Notes under the pieces: generated by a model
Told to the model about the DNA's origin: nothing
Database searches by the model: none
The model's input: only the letters and a program-made list of their open reading frames with translations
From: Anaerolineales bacterium UBA6092
GTDB lineage: Bacteria > Chloroflexota > Anaerolineae > Anaerolineales > UBA4823
Length of the DNA stretch: 64,000 nt
Direction: 5' to 3'
Assembly (NCBI GenBank): GCA_002428565.1
Contig: DIXA01000055.1
Location: 40,436-104,435 of the forward strand
Part shown: piece by piece, positions 53,081 through 61,211 of the stretch
How positions within the stretch are numbered: position 1 is the first letter of the stretch
Layout: each line of letters starts with the position of its first letter
Position numbers and translations under genes: made by a program

Positions 53081-53485
53081 TTATTTATACCCGCACATGC
53101 GCCACTGCCCGTCTTCCTGGGTGACGCGGTAGGTCTGGCGATCGACGGAGAATTCCTGGTTTTCGCCATTGTAGCTGGCGACGATCTTGCCGGTGCAGTC
53201 TACCAACTGGTCTGCGCCATCTGTGCCGCTGGTCGCACAGGACAGGTCCTGGGTCTGGATGTTGACGCCGGTGAACCCGTCCAGCTCGACCAGGGCCGAT
53301 TCTTCCCAGGCCTTACAGACCGTCTCTGAAAGCTGGGCGGCGTCCTTGGCGACCAGGGCCTGGATGTAATTCACCACCGCCTGTGCCGGAGCGTCGGCTT
53401 CAGCCTCAGATTGGCAGGCTGTTAGAAATACCAGGGATAGGGCCATCAGTAAGATAAATCCTTTGATTCTTCGATCCATGTGCAT
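53081..53485 (-). CDS. Small lipoprotein, hypothetical
   Basis: ATG at 53485 or 53479 (MHMDRRIKGFILLMALSLVFLTAC). Lipobox LTAC. The track ORF's upstream extension is rejected. Confidence 0.6.
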   Translation of the reverse strand: MHMDRRIKGFILLMALSLVFLTACQSEAEADAPAQAVVNYIQALVAKDAAQLSETVCKAWEESALVELDGFTGVNIQTQDLSCATSGTDGADQLVDCTGKIVASYNGENQEFSVDRQTYRVTQEDGQWRMCGYK

Positions 53486-53504
53486 GCGCTCCAGGAAACG
53501 TAAA

Positions 53505-54881
53505 TTAGGGGGGATAGACCCACAACATGAGTTCGGGCGGGGGCGGAGGCCAGATAAAGTAGACCGTGGAATACTGGTGCCAGGAGACATATTCAGCCTG
53601 GGTGTAGCCCAAATCGATCCAGCGCGGGGTGATGTTGCCGGTGTCGGCGGCCTCGGCGTATCCGTAACCGGGAACGTACATCATGGTACCGTAAGGGATG
53701 TATTGCGGGAGCACGCCGACCAGGCCCTTGCGCACGCGCTGCCCGCTGGCAGTGATAGTGCCATATTTGTCGTTGTAGCTGGTGATCCACATGGTCAGGG
53801 CGCGCCAGTAGTAAATGGTGCCGTCGGCGGTCTCGACCGAGCGCATAACAATGTTGGTGCCGTAGCCAATGATGCGCTCTTGCGGGGTGCGTGCCTGCCA
53901 CTGGTCTTCCAGCGTGCGCGCAACTTCCACGCCGTCTTCGTAACGCAGGCGCAACCGCTGGGCGGTCAGGCCGTATTCGCCGGTCTGGATCACGCTCTGG
54001 GTATCAAGATCCATATCAGCAACCGCCTGGTACACCGTTTCAAATTCCAGCGGGGTTTGTTCAATGATCACTTCCTCACGCACGCGCACCAGGCGAATGA
54101 GGCCATCCTCAGGCAGGGGCGCATCCGCGGCAGGCAGGCTGTAATCCAACCCTTGCAGGGCCAGCCCCGCTTGCGCCAGCGCCTCGCCCACGGTGGCGCC
54201 AGCAGTGCGCAGGGTCAGCGCGCCCGCCTGGGTCTGCACGGTTACCAGGCGGGAACGTTCCAGCCGGGCTTGCAGGCCGATGGTCAGCGGTGCGCCGGGC
54301 GGGGGGGTCAGGCGATCGGCGGCGTAGAGCAAGATGCCGTTTTCCCACAACGCCTGCCCCAGGCTGGAGGCCGAGGAGCGCAGAGCCAGGCTCGCACCGT
54401 TCTCCTCGAGCGTGAAAGGCACATCTCGCTGCACCTGCAAGGAGAGGCTGTTCTGCCAGTAGGGCAGCGCCTGGGTCGGGTTGACCGGCTGGCCCAGCCA
54501 AAGCAGCTGGTCAGCGGGGTTGAGCGTAAGGCCAGATAGGGCTAACAGGTTGATAGGCAGGCGCTCTGGAGAAACCAGGTTGTACATCTGTCCATCGGCC
54601 TGGATCTGCACTGCCGCGGCCCGCTCCAGGGTCACCTGTGCGCCATGCGCCAGCCAGGCATCTCCGGGCGGGGTGAGGCGGTCTTGCGCGCCGAGGGGGA
54701 CACCCGCCGAGCGCAGCAGATCGTTGACGGTGATGGCGTAAACGGTGTACGGCTGGCTCTGCCCATCGACCACCAGGGTGACGCTTTTATGCAGGGCCAG
54801 GTTCAGCAATGCCGCCACGCCTACCAGCACCGCCAGAAGCGGGAAAAGGAACTCGCGGAGCAATCTGGGTTTCACCGTCAT
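53505..54881 (-). CDS. RpfB/YabE-like cell-wall protein: N-terminal anchor, DUF348 repeats, G5 domain, C-terminal 3D domain
   Basis: 458 aa. Repeated V/T-L-xxDG...Y segments (DUF348-like), a G5-like region (EEVIIEQTPLEFETVY...) and a 3D-domain end (ITASGQRVRKGLVGV...YGYAEAADTG). Confidence 0.75.
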   Translation of the reverse strand: MTVKPRLLREFLFPLLAVLVGVAALLNLALHKSVTLVVDGQSQPYTVYAITVNDLLRSAGVPLGAQDRLTPPGDAWLAHGAQVTLERAAAVQIQADGQMYNLVSPERLPINLLALSGLTLNPADQLLWLGQPVNPTQALPYWQNSLSLQVQRDVPFTLEENGASLALRSSASSLGQALWENGILLYAADRLTPPPGAPLTIGLQARLERSRLVTVQTQAGALTLRTAGATVGEALAQAGLALQGLDYSLPAADAPLPEDGLIRLVRVREEVIIEQTPLEFETVYQAVADMDLDTQSVIQTGEYGLTAQRLRLRYEDGVEVARTLEDQWQARTPQERIIGYGTNIVMRSVETADGTIYYWRALTMWITSYNDKYGTITASGQRVRKGLVGVLPQYIPYGTMMYVPGYGYAEAADTGNITPRWIDLGYTQAEYVSWHQYSTVYFIWPPPPPELMLWVYPP

Positions 54882-54920
54882 ATCTCTCCTTGGGGCTATT
54901 ATCCCACAATTTAAGGGGAA

Positions 54921-54961
54921 TCAAGGGTTCGCAGCGGGCGAAGCCCACTGCGAACCCTTGA
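54921..54961 (-). terminator. Hairpin after the 1823-aa gene (TCAAGGGTTCGCAG-[GGGC-GAA-GCCC]-CTGCGAACCCTTGA)
   Basis: 14-bp outer stem plus a 4-bp inner stem, read directly. The downstream U-tract is weak. Confidence 0.45.
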
Positions 54962-54985
54962 TCATATATCTCGTTTCGATTTCAG

Positions 54986-57900
54986 CTATCGAGGCAGCCG
55001 GCGCCGCCCCATCACAAAGCGCAGCGCCAGGGCCACGCCGATGAGCAAACCTACCACCAGCACACTGACCCAGCCGCTGACGCCGGGCTGCCCCGTCGCA
55101 GTAAAGCTGCTAAGGATCACTGCCGTGGGGCTGGTGTTCAGTGTTACCGAAGCATTGTTATTGCTCGACACCGCATCAGTGATGCCCGAGGGCGTCGTAA
55201 CGGTCACCAGATAGTCCAGGGTAACTCCCGGATAATTGGGCGGCAGCCTGCCCACCACGGTCATAACCAGTATATCGCCCGTTAAGAAGGTCACCCCACT
55301 CCACTCATTGGTATCCGGGTCATAACTGCCCACGCCAGGCAGATAAACCGCCGTACCCGCCAGCATCTGGGTGGGCAGCACATCCGAAAAGAAGAAAGAC
55401 GTCATGCCGGTGGAGCCGTTATTGACAATGGTGATGGTATACGTGATCACCTGGTCATTCTGCACCCCGGTCACGCCAATGCCCAGGTCAGCCAGGCGAG
55501 CGGGCGTGTTGGAATCGCTGGCGGTGTTGTCGCTCATGTCAGTCTCGGAGGCCTGCCCGGAACTGACGCTGGCGGTGTTGTCAAGCGTGCCGTCAAACAA
55601 CGGGTCGATCAGCCCGGTGATCTCGAGCGTCAGGCTGCCGCCTGAGGCCAACGAGATCTCCGTCCACGCGCCGGTGAGCGGATCATAGCTGCCCGCGCTG
55701 GGCGTGTACACCGGCGAGAGCAGGGCGCTGGGCAGCCCATCGATGAGGGTCAGGCTGGTGAGGGTGCGCGGCCCGTTGTTGCTCACCGTGAGCGTGTAGG
55801 TCAGATCCTCGCCAACGGTCCCCGGGTTCGGAGAGCTGGATTTGGTCAGGGTCAGGTCTACCAGCGGCAGGTCGAAAGCCGTTCCGCTGGAGGTCGTATA
55901 GGGGGCGACGCTGTATGCGTTGGTGTAACTGGCCGAGGCCGTATTCGCCACCAGGTTCGCATCAGACGGCAAGACGGTGATGGTCAGCGTATCCGCGGCG
56001 GTGCAGCCAGCGCCATCGCGAGCACGCACCACGGCCGTGTAAACGCCGGGGTTGTTATAGGTGTACGTGGCCGTGGCTGTGGTCGAGTAATCCTGCGGCG
56101 TGCCCTCGCCAAACTCAAAGCGGTAGTTCAACGCCCCTTGCCCCACCAACGCCTGCGGGTTGGCGCTAAAGGATACCATTTGCCCGGCCAGGATGACCGT
56201 GTTGGCCTGGGCAAATGGCTGGTAACTGCTCCATTCCAGGCTCAGGTTATACAGCAAGCCCACGTGGTCCAGCCCGCCGTAGACAGCATGCCCGCCATGG
56301 CGGTTGTTGAGCAAGCGCACCGCCAACAGATTCGGCCCAGGCTGGGCAGCGCCGCTTCCGTTGAAATGGGTCGAGCCGCCGCCGCCCACCTGGTTACCCA
56401 AGAAAGCGCCATTCAGATAGATATCGGACACATCGTCGCCGGCCAGGTTAAGGCTGGCGGTCAGACCCGCAGCGTTGAGCGGCAGGCAGACCGATTGACG
56501 GAAGAAGGTGTAATTGGGGTCGATCTGTCCAGAAGCATTCACTGCTACCCACTCAGCCGTCAGGGCGGTGGGGGTTAACCAGTAGCTCTCAAAGTAAGAC
56601 GCCACCGTCGCGCTCCATGCAGCGCCAAACGCTCCTGCCACCGGGTTGGCCTGCCAGCCGGCAGGTCCCACCGGATCGGTGTCGTTCCATAGACCCCTTA
56701 AGCTGGCTGCGCCCACCGTGGAGGTGATCACCAGGCTGCCGCCGCCGCTTTGAGGGGCGTAGGTTGGCGTGGAGGTAGAGCCCCCCCCTGCTGTGTCGCT
56801 CAGATCCATCTGGAAGGTGAGTGTGCCGCTGCCGCCTGGGGGTACAGTGCCAATAATCCACGTCACGGTGCCGCCACTTTCGCTACAACTCGTCCCGCCT
56901 GCGCAACTCGCCTCAACGTAGCTGGTGCCGCCGGGTAGGCTGTCATTGACAACAACGTTCTGCGCTTCGGCTGCGGATGGATTGCTATAGCTCAAGGTGA
57001 CAAGTACTGGGCTGTCCAGGCGAGCCGGACCGCTGACTGTCTTGCTCAGCACCAGGTCGGGTCGGATGGTGATATCGCTGTCGCTGGCAGTGTTGTTCGA
57101 GAGATCCTGGTCGGTTCCGTGCGTGCCATCGTCCGTGATCGCAGCAGTAGCGGCCAGCACGGTCGCTGGATTCACCGCTGGATCCACCTGGGCGGTAAAG
57201 CTGAGCGCCCCAGACGCTCCAGGGACGAGCGTTGCCAGCGCCGGGGTAGTAGTCGAATCCCAGGTGATGGTTCTGGTTCCCGGATCATACACACCGCCGT
57301 CAGACGGGGTGATATCGGTCAACCCCTCTGGAACCTGCACCGTGACAATGTTGGTGGTGGCATCGGCGTTGCCGATATTGGCATAGGTCAGGTTGTAGGT
57401 CAAAGGCTGCCCTGCCAGCACCTGAGTTTGCCCATCGGTGATCGTCACCTTCAGGTCAGGAGCGGAAAGGATGGCATCGATATCCGAGTTTTCATTATCG
57501 GTCAGGTCGCTTTCGGGGGTGGTCGTGGTCACATAGGCATAGTTTGAAACGCTCCCCGATGAAGCCGTGACCAGGGCCGAAAGGGTGAGCGTTATGCTGT
57601 CGCCGGGAGCCAGCGACTCAGTCAGCGTCCAGATCACATCCTGACCACTGACCAAACAGGGGGTTGGCAAGCAGGAGTTATCGTTATAGCTCAGGCCGAG
57701 AGAAAGCGTGTCGTAGATCGTCAGGTTTTCGGCCGCCAGGCCGCCCGTGTTCTGGATGATGATCGTGTACACCAGCGTCGCCCCGTTCGTGGTTGTGGTC
57801 TGACCATCCGATTTGAACAGCACCAGATCGGCGTTGTTCAGTTCCAGGTCTTGTATGTTGGCCCTACCCGAGATGACGTCTGTGGTAATGCTATCGGTCG

Positions 57901-60457
57901 CATAACCGGTCTTTTCAGCAGAGACGCTGGCGCTGCCCGCGGCCAGCCCACTGACGGTGTAACTGCCATCGGCGCCGGTGACCACGATATACGTGTTGTT
58001 GTTGGCGTCAACCACCGTTACGGTAGCCCCGGCAAGCGGTGTACCGGTGACGGCGTCGGTGATGATGCCGGTCAGCACGGTGGGCTTGACATTCACCGTA
58101 GCGCTGGCGGCATCGTTGGCGCTGTTGTAATCATAGGGGGAGGAGGCTGTGCGCGTGGCGGTGTTGGTGATGTCGCTGCCGGCAGTGAGGAGATCGACGG
58201 TGGCATGGATGGTCAGTGTGGCCGAGGTGGCGTTGGGCAAGCCGCCTACCACCCACACGCCAGTGCCGGGGGTATAGCTGCCCTGCGTGGCGCTCGCACT
58301 GACATAAGTCAAGCCAGGCGGCAGCAGGTCAGTTACTTCTACACTGCTGGCATCGCTTGGCCCCAGGTTGGCAGCCACAATGGTAAAGCTGATGGCATCC
58401 CCTTCCGACGGGTTGTTGTTCGAGACTGTTTTCGTCACCTGGATATCGGCGCTGTTAACCGTTGCAATATCGGTGAATTGGTTGTTGGTAGATACAGTGT
58501 CATTGGCATTTGCCACGCTGGCTGTGTTTGCCACGCTGGGGGCGGCGGCGTTGCCAACATCCACGATCAGCGTGATGACGGGCAGGCTGGCGCCGGCAGC
58601 CAAACCGCCGTCATTGGTATGGATGCAGGTAACATCCTGCCCAAGCGCCGAGCAGCTCCAGTTGGTGCCGCTGGCGCTGCGATAGGTCAGGCTGGCTGGC
58701 AAAGCATCCGTGACAGTGACTTGCCCACTGACCGTTGAAGTGCCCGAATTGCTAACCAGCAGGCTGAAGGTGCCGCCCGATTCGCCAATATTAAAAGCGA
58801 TGGTGTGGCTTTTGACAATGCGCAGATCTTGGCCTACCTGCGGAATGACATCCAGGGTGCCGTTGATGGGGGCAATCGGGAAATACGTCCACAGGTCAAG
58901 CCCTTTCCAATCGCCAAAACCGCTGCTGCTGTCGTTGCCGAAAGCGCGCTGGGCTGTGCTGGTATCAAAGCCGGTGCTGGGGTTGCTGAAGGCCGTGGCA
59001 GGCGGAGTGTTGCCAGGCAGCACGGTGCCAACCGTGCCCACGGTGGCTCCGGTAGAGACTCGGTAACCGCGGTCATCGTAGAAGGCGTGCCGGCAGGTCA
59101 GCAGGGGGCAGGTTCCGCCAATGGGGTTCATCAGGGTGATGGTCGGGCCGCCCAGCCTGCTGTTTTCCACGTCCAGCATGGGGAAGTGGTATTCGCCAGC
59201 GCGGAAGCTCATTTGGAAGGGATAATCGTTTGCTACCGGGAAAGCCACGCCAGAATTATCTTTACCATCCCAGGCGATGGTGTTCACCCCCACCACAGAT
59301 TGCCCATACAGGACGCGGTTGTTGGGGTTAGCAGGGTCAAAGTTGACGCCATCCCGGCTGATGATGATTTGATTGATCCCGCCGATATTGCCGGTGTAAG
59401 TGAATTCGCCGCCAATGGAAAAATACCCCTGAGCGCCGCTGGCCGAGCCGCGATAGCTGATGTTCGTGATGGAAGGCTGAGTGGGGGTTGGTAAAATATT
59501 GGCCGGCAGATCGGCCGCAGGGTAGCTAAAAAACATCTTTGCTGCAGCCGGAGACAGTTTGGTATTTCCGAGGGCCGTGCTGAGGGTGTTTTCCGTGAAC
59601 ACCATATCGTGATACAGCGGGGTCTTACCATCTGGATCCAGGAAACCAACCCGGTTGCCATAAAAGATGAAACCGTTGGGATCCAGGCCGCGGAACTCCA
59701 CCTTGTAAATAAACCCGTCATTGGTGACCGAATAGATGGTCGAATAGATCCGCCGCGAGGTGCCATTGCCGCCCGTAATCTGCGCCAGATAATCCACAAA
59801 GACGCGCCCTGAAATGGTGACGGTATTGGCCGCATTGCGCACGGTGATATCCCACATCGAGACCCCGCTTCTCTGCGCGGTGGTGACGTTTGGAGAATCG
59901 ATCGTGCCGGCATCGCCGTCCGCACTACCGTTGACGCCATCTGGGCCATACATCGCCACCCAATAAGTACCAGTCGCCGGAACAGTATAGGTGCAGGGAA
60001 CGTACCCGCCGCTGGCCGGTTGAGGTCCAGCCAGCTCTTGGGCACGCGTGGTGAGCCTGCCGCGCCCACCGCCTGTGCCGCCGGTGCTGCATTTAAACTC
60101 AGGCGTAATGAGGGCGAGCGCCGCGGGAGCGATCTGTGAGCTAGAGATCTGATTTTCGCGGTACAGAACAATGTCCCCAGATCCAACCCCCATGGCGCTG
60201 GAACCCATGAGAATGTTTTCACCAGCAACAGCGTACACCCGAAAAAAAGTGCGCCGGTATAACCCGGCCGTCGTATTGATGCGCCACTCGGTCAGAGCAC
60301 GCTTGCCGCCACCGGTGTTCAGGTTACGGCTGCCTTCAGCAGAGGCGGCGCGAATGCCCCACAGGCTGAACGCGCCGATAATAACCAGGGCCAGCGCGAA
60401 AAAGACACGCGCAGAGTTTTTTCCGCGGCCGGGAAAGAGGTGCAAAAACTTAAACAT
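54986..60457 (-). CDS. Giant surface protein (1823 aa) with DUF11-type repeats, a PKD domain and a C-terminal TM anchor
   Basis: N-terminal signal/anchor VFFALALVIIGAFSLWGIRAASA. Many copies of the ...TYTLTVSNNGP... / ...FTIVAANLGPSDA... DUF11-like motif. PKD-like FEFGEGTPQDYSTTATATYTY. The C-terminus SSFTATGQPGVSGWVSVLVVGLLIGVALALRFVMGRRRLPR is a TM helix plus a basic tail. Confidence 0.8.
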   Translation of the reverse strand: MFKFLHLFPGRGKNSARVFFALALVIIGAFSLWGIRAASAEGSRNLNTGGGKRALTEWRINTTAGLYRRTFFRVYAVAGENILMGSSAMGVGSGDIVLYRENQISSSQIAPAALALITPEFKCSTGGTGGGRGRLTTRAQELAGPQPASGGYVPCTYTVPATGTYWVAMYGPDGVNGSADGDAGTIDSPNVTTAQRSGVSMWDITVRNAANTVTISGRVFVDYLAQITGGNGTSRRIYSTIYSVTNDGFIYKVEFRGLDPNGFIFYGNRVGFLDPDGKTPLYHDMVFTENTLSTALGNTKLSPAAAKMFFSYPAADLPANILPTPTQPSITNISYRGSASGAQGYFSIGGEFTYTGNIGGINQIIISRDGVNFDPANPNNRVLYGQSVVGVNTIAWDGKDNSGVAFPVANDYPFQMSFRAGEYHFPMLDVENSRLGGPTITLMNPIGGTCPLLTCRHAFYDDRGYRVSTGATVGTVGTVLPGNTPPATAFSNPSTGFDTSTAQRAFGNDSSSGFGDWKGLDLWTYFPIAPINGTLDVIPQVGQDLRIVKSHTIAFNIGESGGTFSLLVSNSGTSTVSGQVTVTDALPASLTYRSASGTNWSCSALGQDVTCIHTNDGGLAAGASLPVITLIVDVGNAAAPSVANTASVANANDTVSTNNQFTDIATVNSADIQVTKTVSNNNPSEGDAISFTIVAANLGPSDASSVEVTDLLPPGLTYVSASATQGSYTPGTGVWVVGGLPNATSATLTIHATVDLLTAGSDITNTATRTASSPYDYNSANDAASATVNVKPTVLTGIITDAVTGTPLAGATVTVVDANNNTYIVVTGADGSYTVSGLAAGSASVSAEKTGYATDSITTDVISGRANIQDLELNNADLVLFKSDGQTTTTNGATLVYTIIIQNTGGLAAENLTIYDTLSLGLSYNDNSCLPTPCLVSGQDVIWTLTESLAPGDSITLTLSALVTASSGSVSNYAYVTTTTPESDLTDNENSDIDAILSAPDLKVTITDGQTQVLAGQPLTYNLTYANIGNADATTNIVTVQVPEGLTDITPSDGGVYDPGTRTITWDSTTTPALATLVPGASGALSFTAQVDPAVNPATVLAATAAITDDGTHGTDQDLSNNTASDSDITIRPDLVLSKTVSGPARLDSPVLVTLSYSNPSAAEAQNVVVNDSLPGGTSYVEASCAGGTSCSESGGTVTWIIGTVPPGGSGTLTFQMDLSDTAGGGSTSTPTYAPQSGGGSLVITSTVGAASLRGLWNDTDPVGPAGWQANPVAGAFGAAWSATVASYFESYWLTPTALTAEWVAVNASGQIDPNYTFFRQSVCLPLNAAGLTASLNLAGDDVSDIYLNGAFLGNQVGGGGSTHFNGSGAAQPGPNLLAVRLLNNRHGGHAVYGGLDHVGLLYNLSLEWSSYQPFAQANTVILAGQMVSFSANPQALVGQGALNYRFEFGEGTPQDYSTTATATYTYNNPGVYTAVVRARDGAGCTAADTLTITVLPSDANLVANTASASYTNAYSVAPYTTSSGTAFDLPLVDLTLTKSSSPNPGTVGEDLTYTLTVSNNGPRTLTSLTLIDGLPSALLSPVYTPSAGSYDPLTGAWTEISLASGGSLTLEITGLIDPLFDGTLDNTASVSSGQASETDMSDNTASDSNTPARLADLGIGVTGVQNDQVITYTITIVNNGSTGMTSFFFSDVLPTQMLAGTAVYLPGVGSYDPDTNEWSGVTFLTGDILVMTVVGRLPPNYPGVTLDYLVTVTTPSGITDAVSSNNNASVTLNTSPTAVILSSFTATGQPGVSGWVSVLVVGLLIGVALALRFVMGRRRLPR

Positions 60458-60679
60458 GTAAACTCCTATTCTTGGGCTTACTGCGAATGAGTAACGATAC
60501 TATTACCAGTCAGGTTGCCTGAGTCAAATATTAATTTTTTTTCCCACCACATGCTGGTTAACATGTTCATTGTAACCTAATAATACCGCTTTAGGTATAC
60601 ACTTATGAAAGGTGGGAGCGCTCAAAGGCTGATTGGTTTGATCCCCAAATTCGATTACAATAGCACCTTGAGAGGACCT

Positions 60680-60931
60680 ATGGACACTATCCAAGAAACC
60701 CTGGCAACCTTCATCGCCACGCATATCCTGCACAAACCGGGGCGGACCATTGACCCCGCCGAGAAACTCATTTCCAGCGGGCTGATCGACTCGTTCAATC
60801 TGGTTGACCTGGCGATCCACATTGAGGAAAAACTCGGCGTGCAGATCGATGATACCGAGCTGACCGCCACAACCTTCGACACACTGGCTGAACTGGCTGA
60901 ACTGATCCGCCAGCGCCAGGGCGCACAATGA
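60680..60931 (+). CDS. Acyl/aminoacyl carrier protein, DltC-like (phosphopantetheine attachment site)
   Basis: ATG at 60680 with GAGAGGA upstream. 83 aa. SSGLIDSFNLVDLAIHIEEKLG resembles the DltC EGLLDSFGTVELL serine motif. The stop overlaps the next ATG (ATGA at 60928-60931). Confidence 0.75.
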   Translation: MDTIQETLATFIATHILHKPGRTIDPAEKLISSGLIDSFNLVDLAIHIEEKLGVQIDDTELTATTFDTLAELAELIRQRQGAQ

Positions 60932-61211
60932 CCACCCTGCCCCAACGGTTGTACGAAATCTACCAAAGCCAGCCGGAAAGCCCGGCAGTACGCCTGCTGT
61001 ACAATGCTCAACCAGACCAGGCGCTGACATGCCGCGACCTGCTGCTCGGCTCCGCAGGCTATGCGCAGGCACTGGCCCAGGCTGGCATCCAGCCGGGCGA
61101 AGTGGTCATCTGGTTAAGTTAGTGGAGAGGGGCTGGCTGCTGAAGACCAGCAGCGGCAAGGTGGCGCGCAGCGCCAACCGCGAGAAATACCTGAGCGAGC
61201 CTCAGGGCTGA
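60928..61211 (+). pseudogene. Remnant of an AMP-dependent synthetase/ligase (adenylating enzyme) with a large internal deletion
   Basis: The 64-aa N-terminal piece (…ALTCRDLLLGSAGYAQALAQAGIQPGEVVI) ends at the stop at 61120-61122. A typical ligase C-terminal tail (…LLKTSSGKVARSANREKYL) follows at once in another frame and ends at 61211. The roughly 450 codons expected in between are absent. Confidence 0.7.

Noticed and set aside
53032-53169. N-terminal 46 codons of the 86-aa track ORF 52909-53169
   Set aside because: The segment is hydrophilic and low-complexity with no SD context. The internal ATG at 53031 gives a compact TM peptide. The longer form cannot be formally excluded.
61029-61211. 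60-aa track ORF as an independent gene
   Set aside because: Only its last roughly 30 residues are meaningful (a ligase C-terminal tail, LLKTSSGKVAR...). The rest is an out-of-frame overlap with the N-terminal remnant. It is treated as part of the pseudogene.
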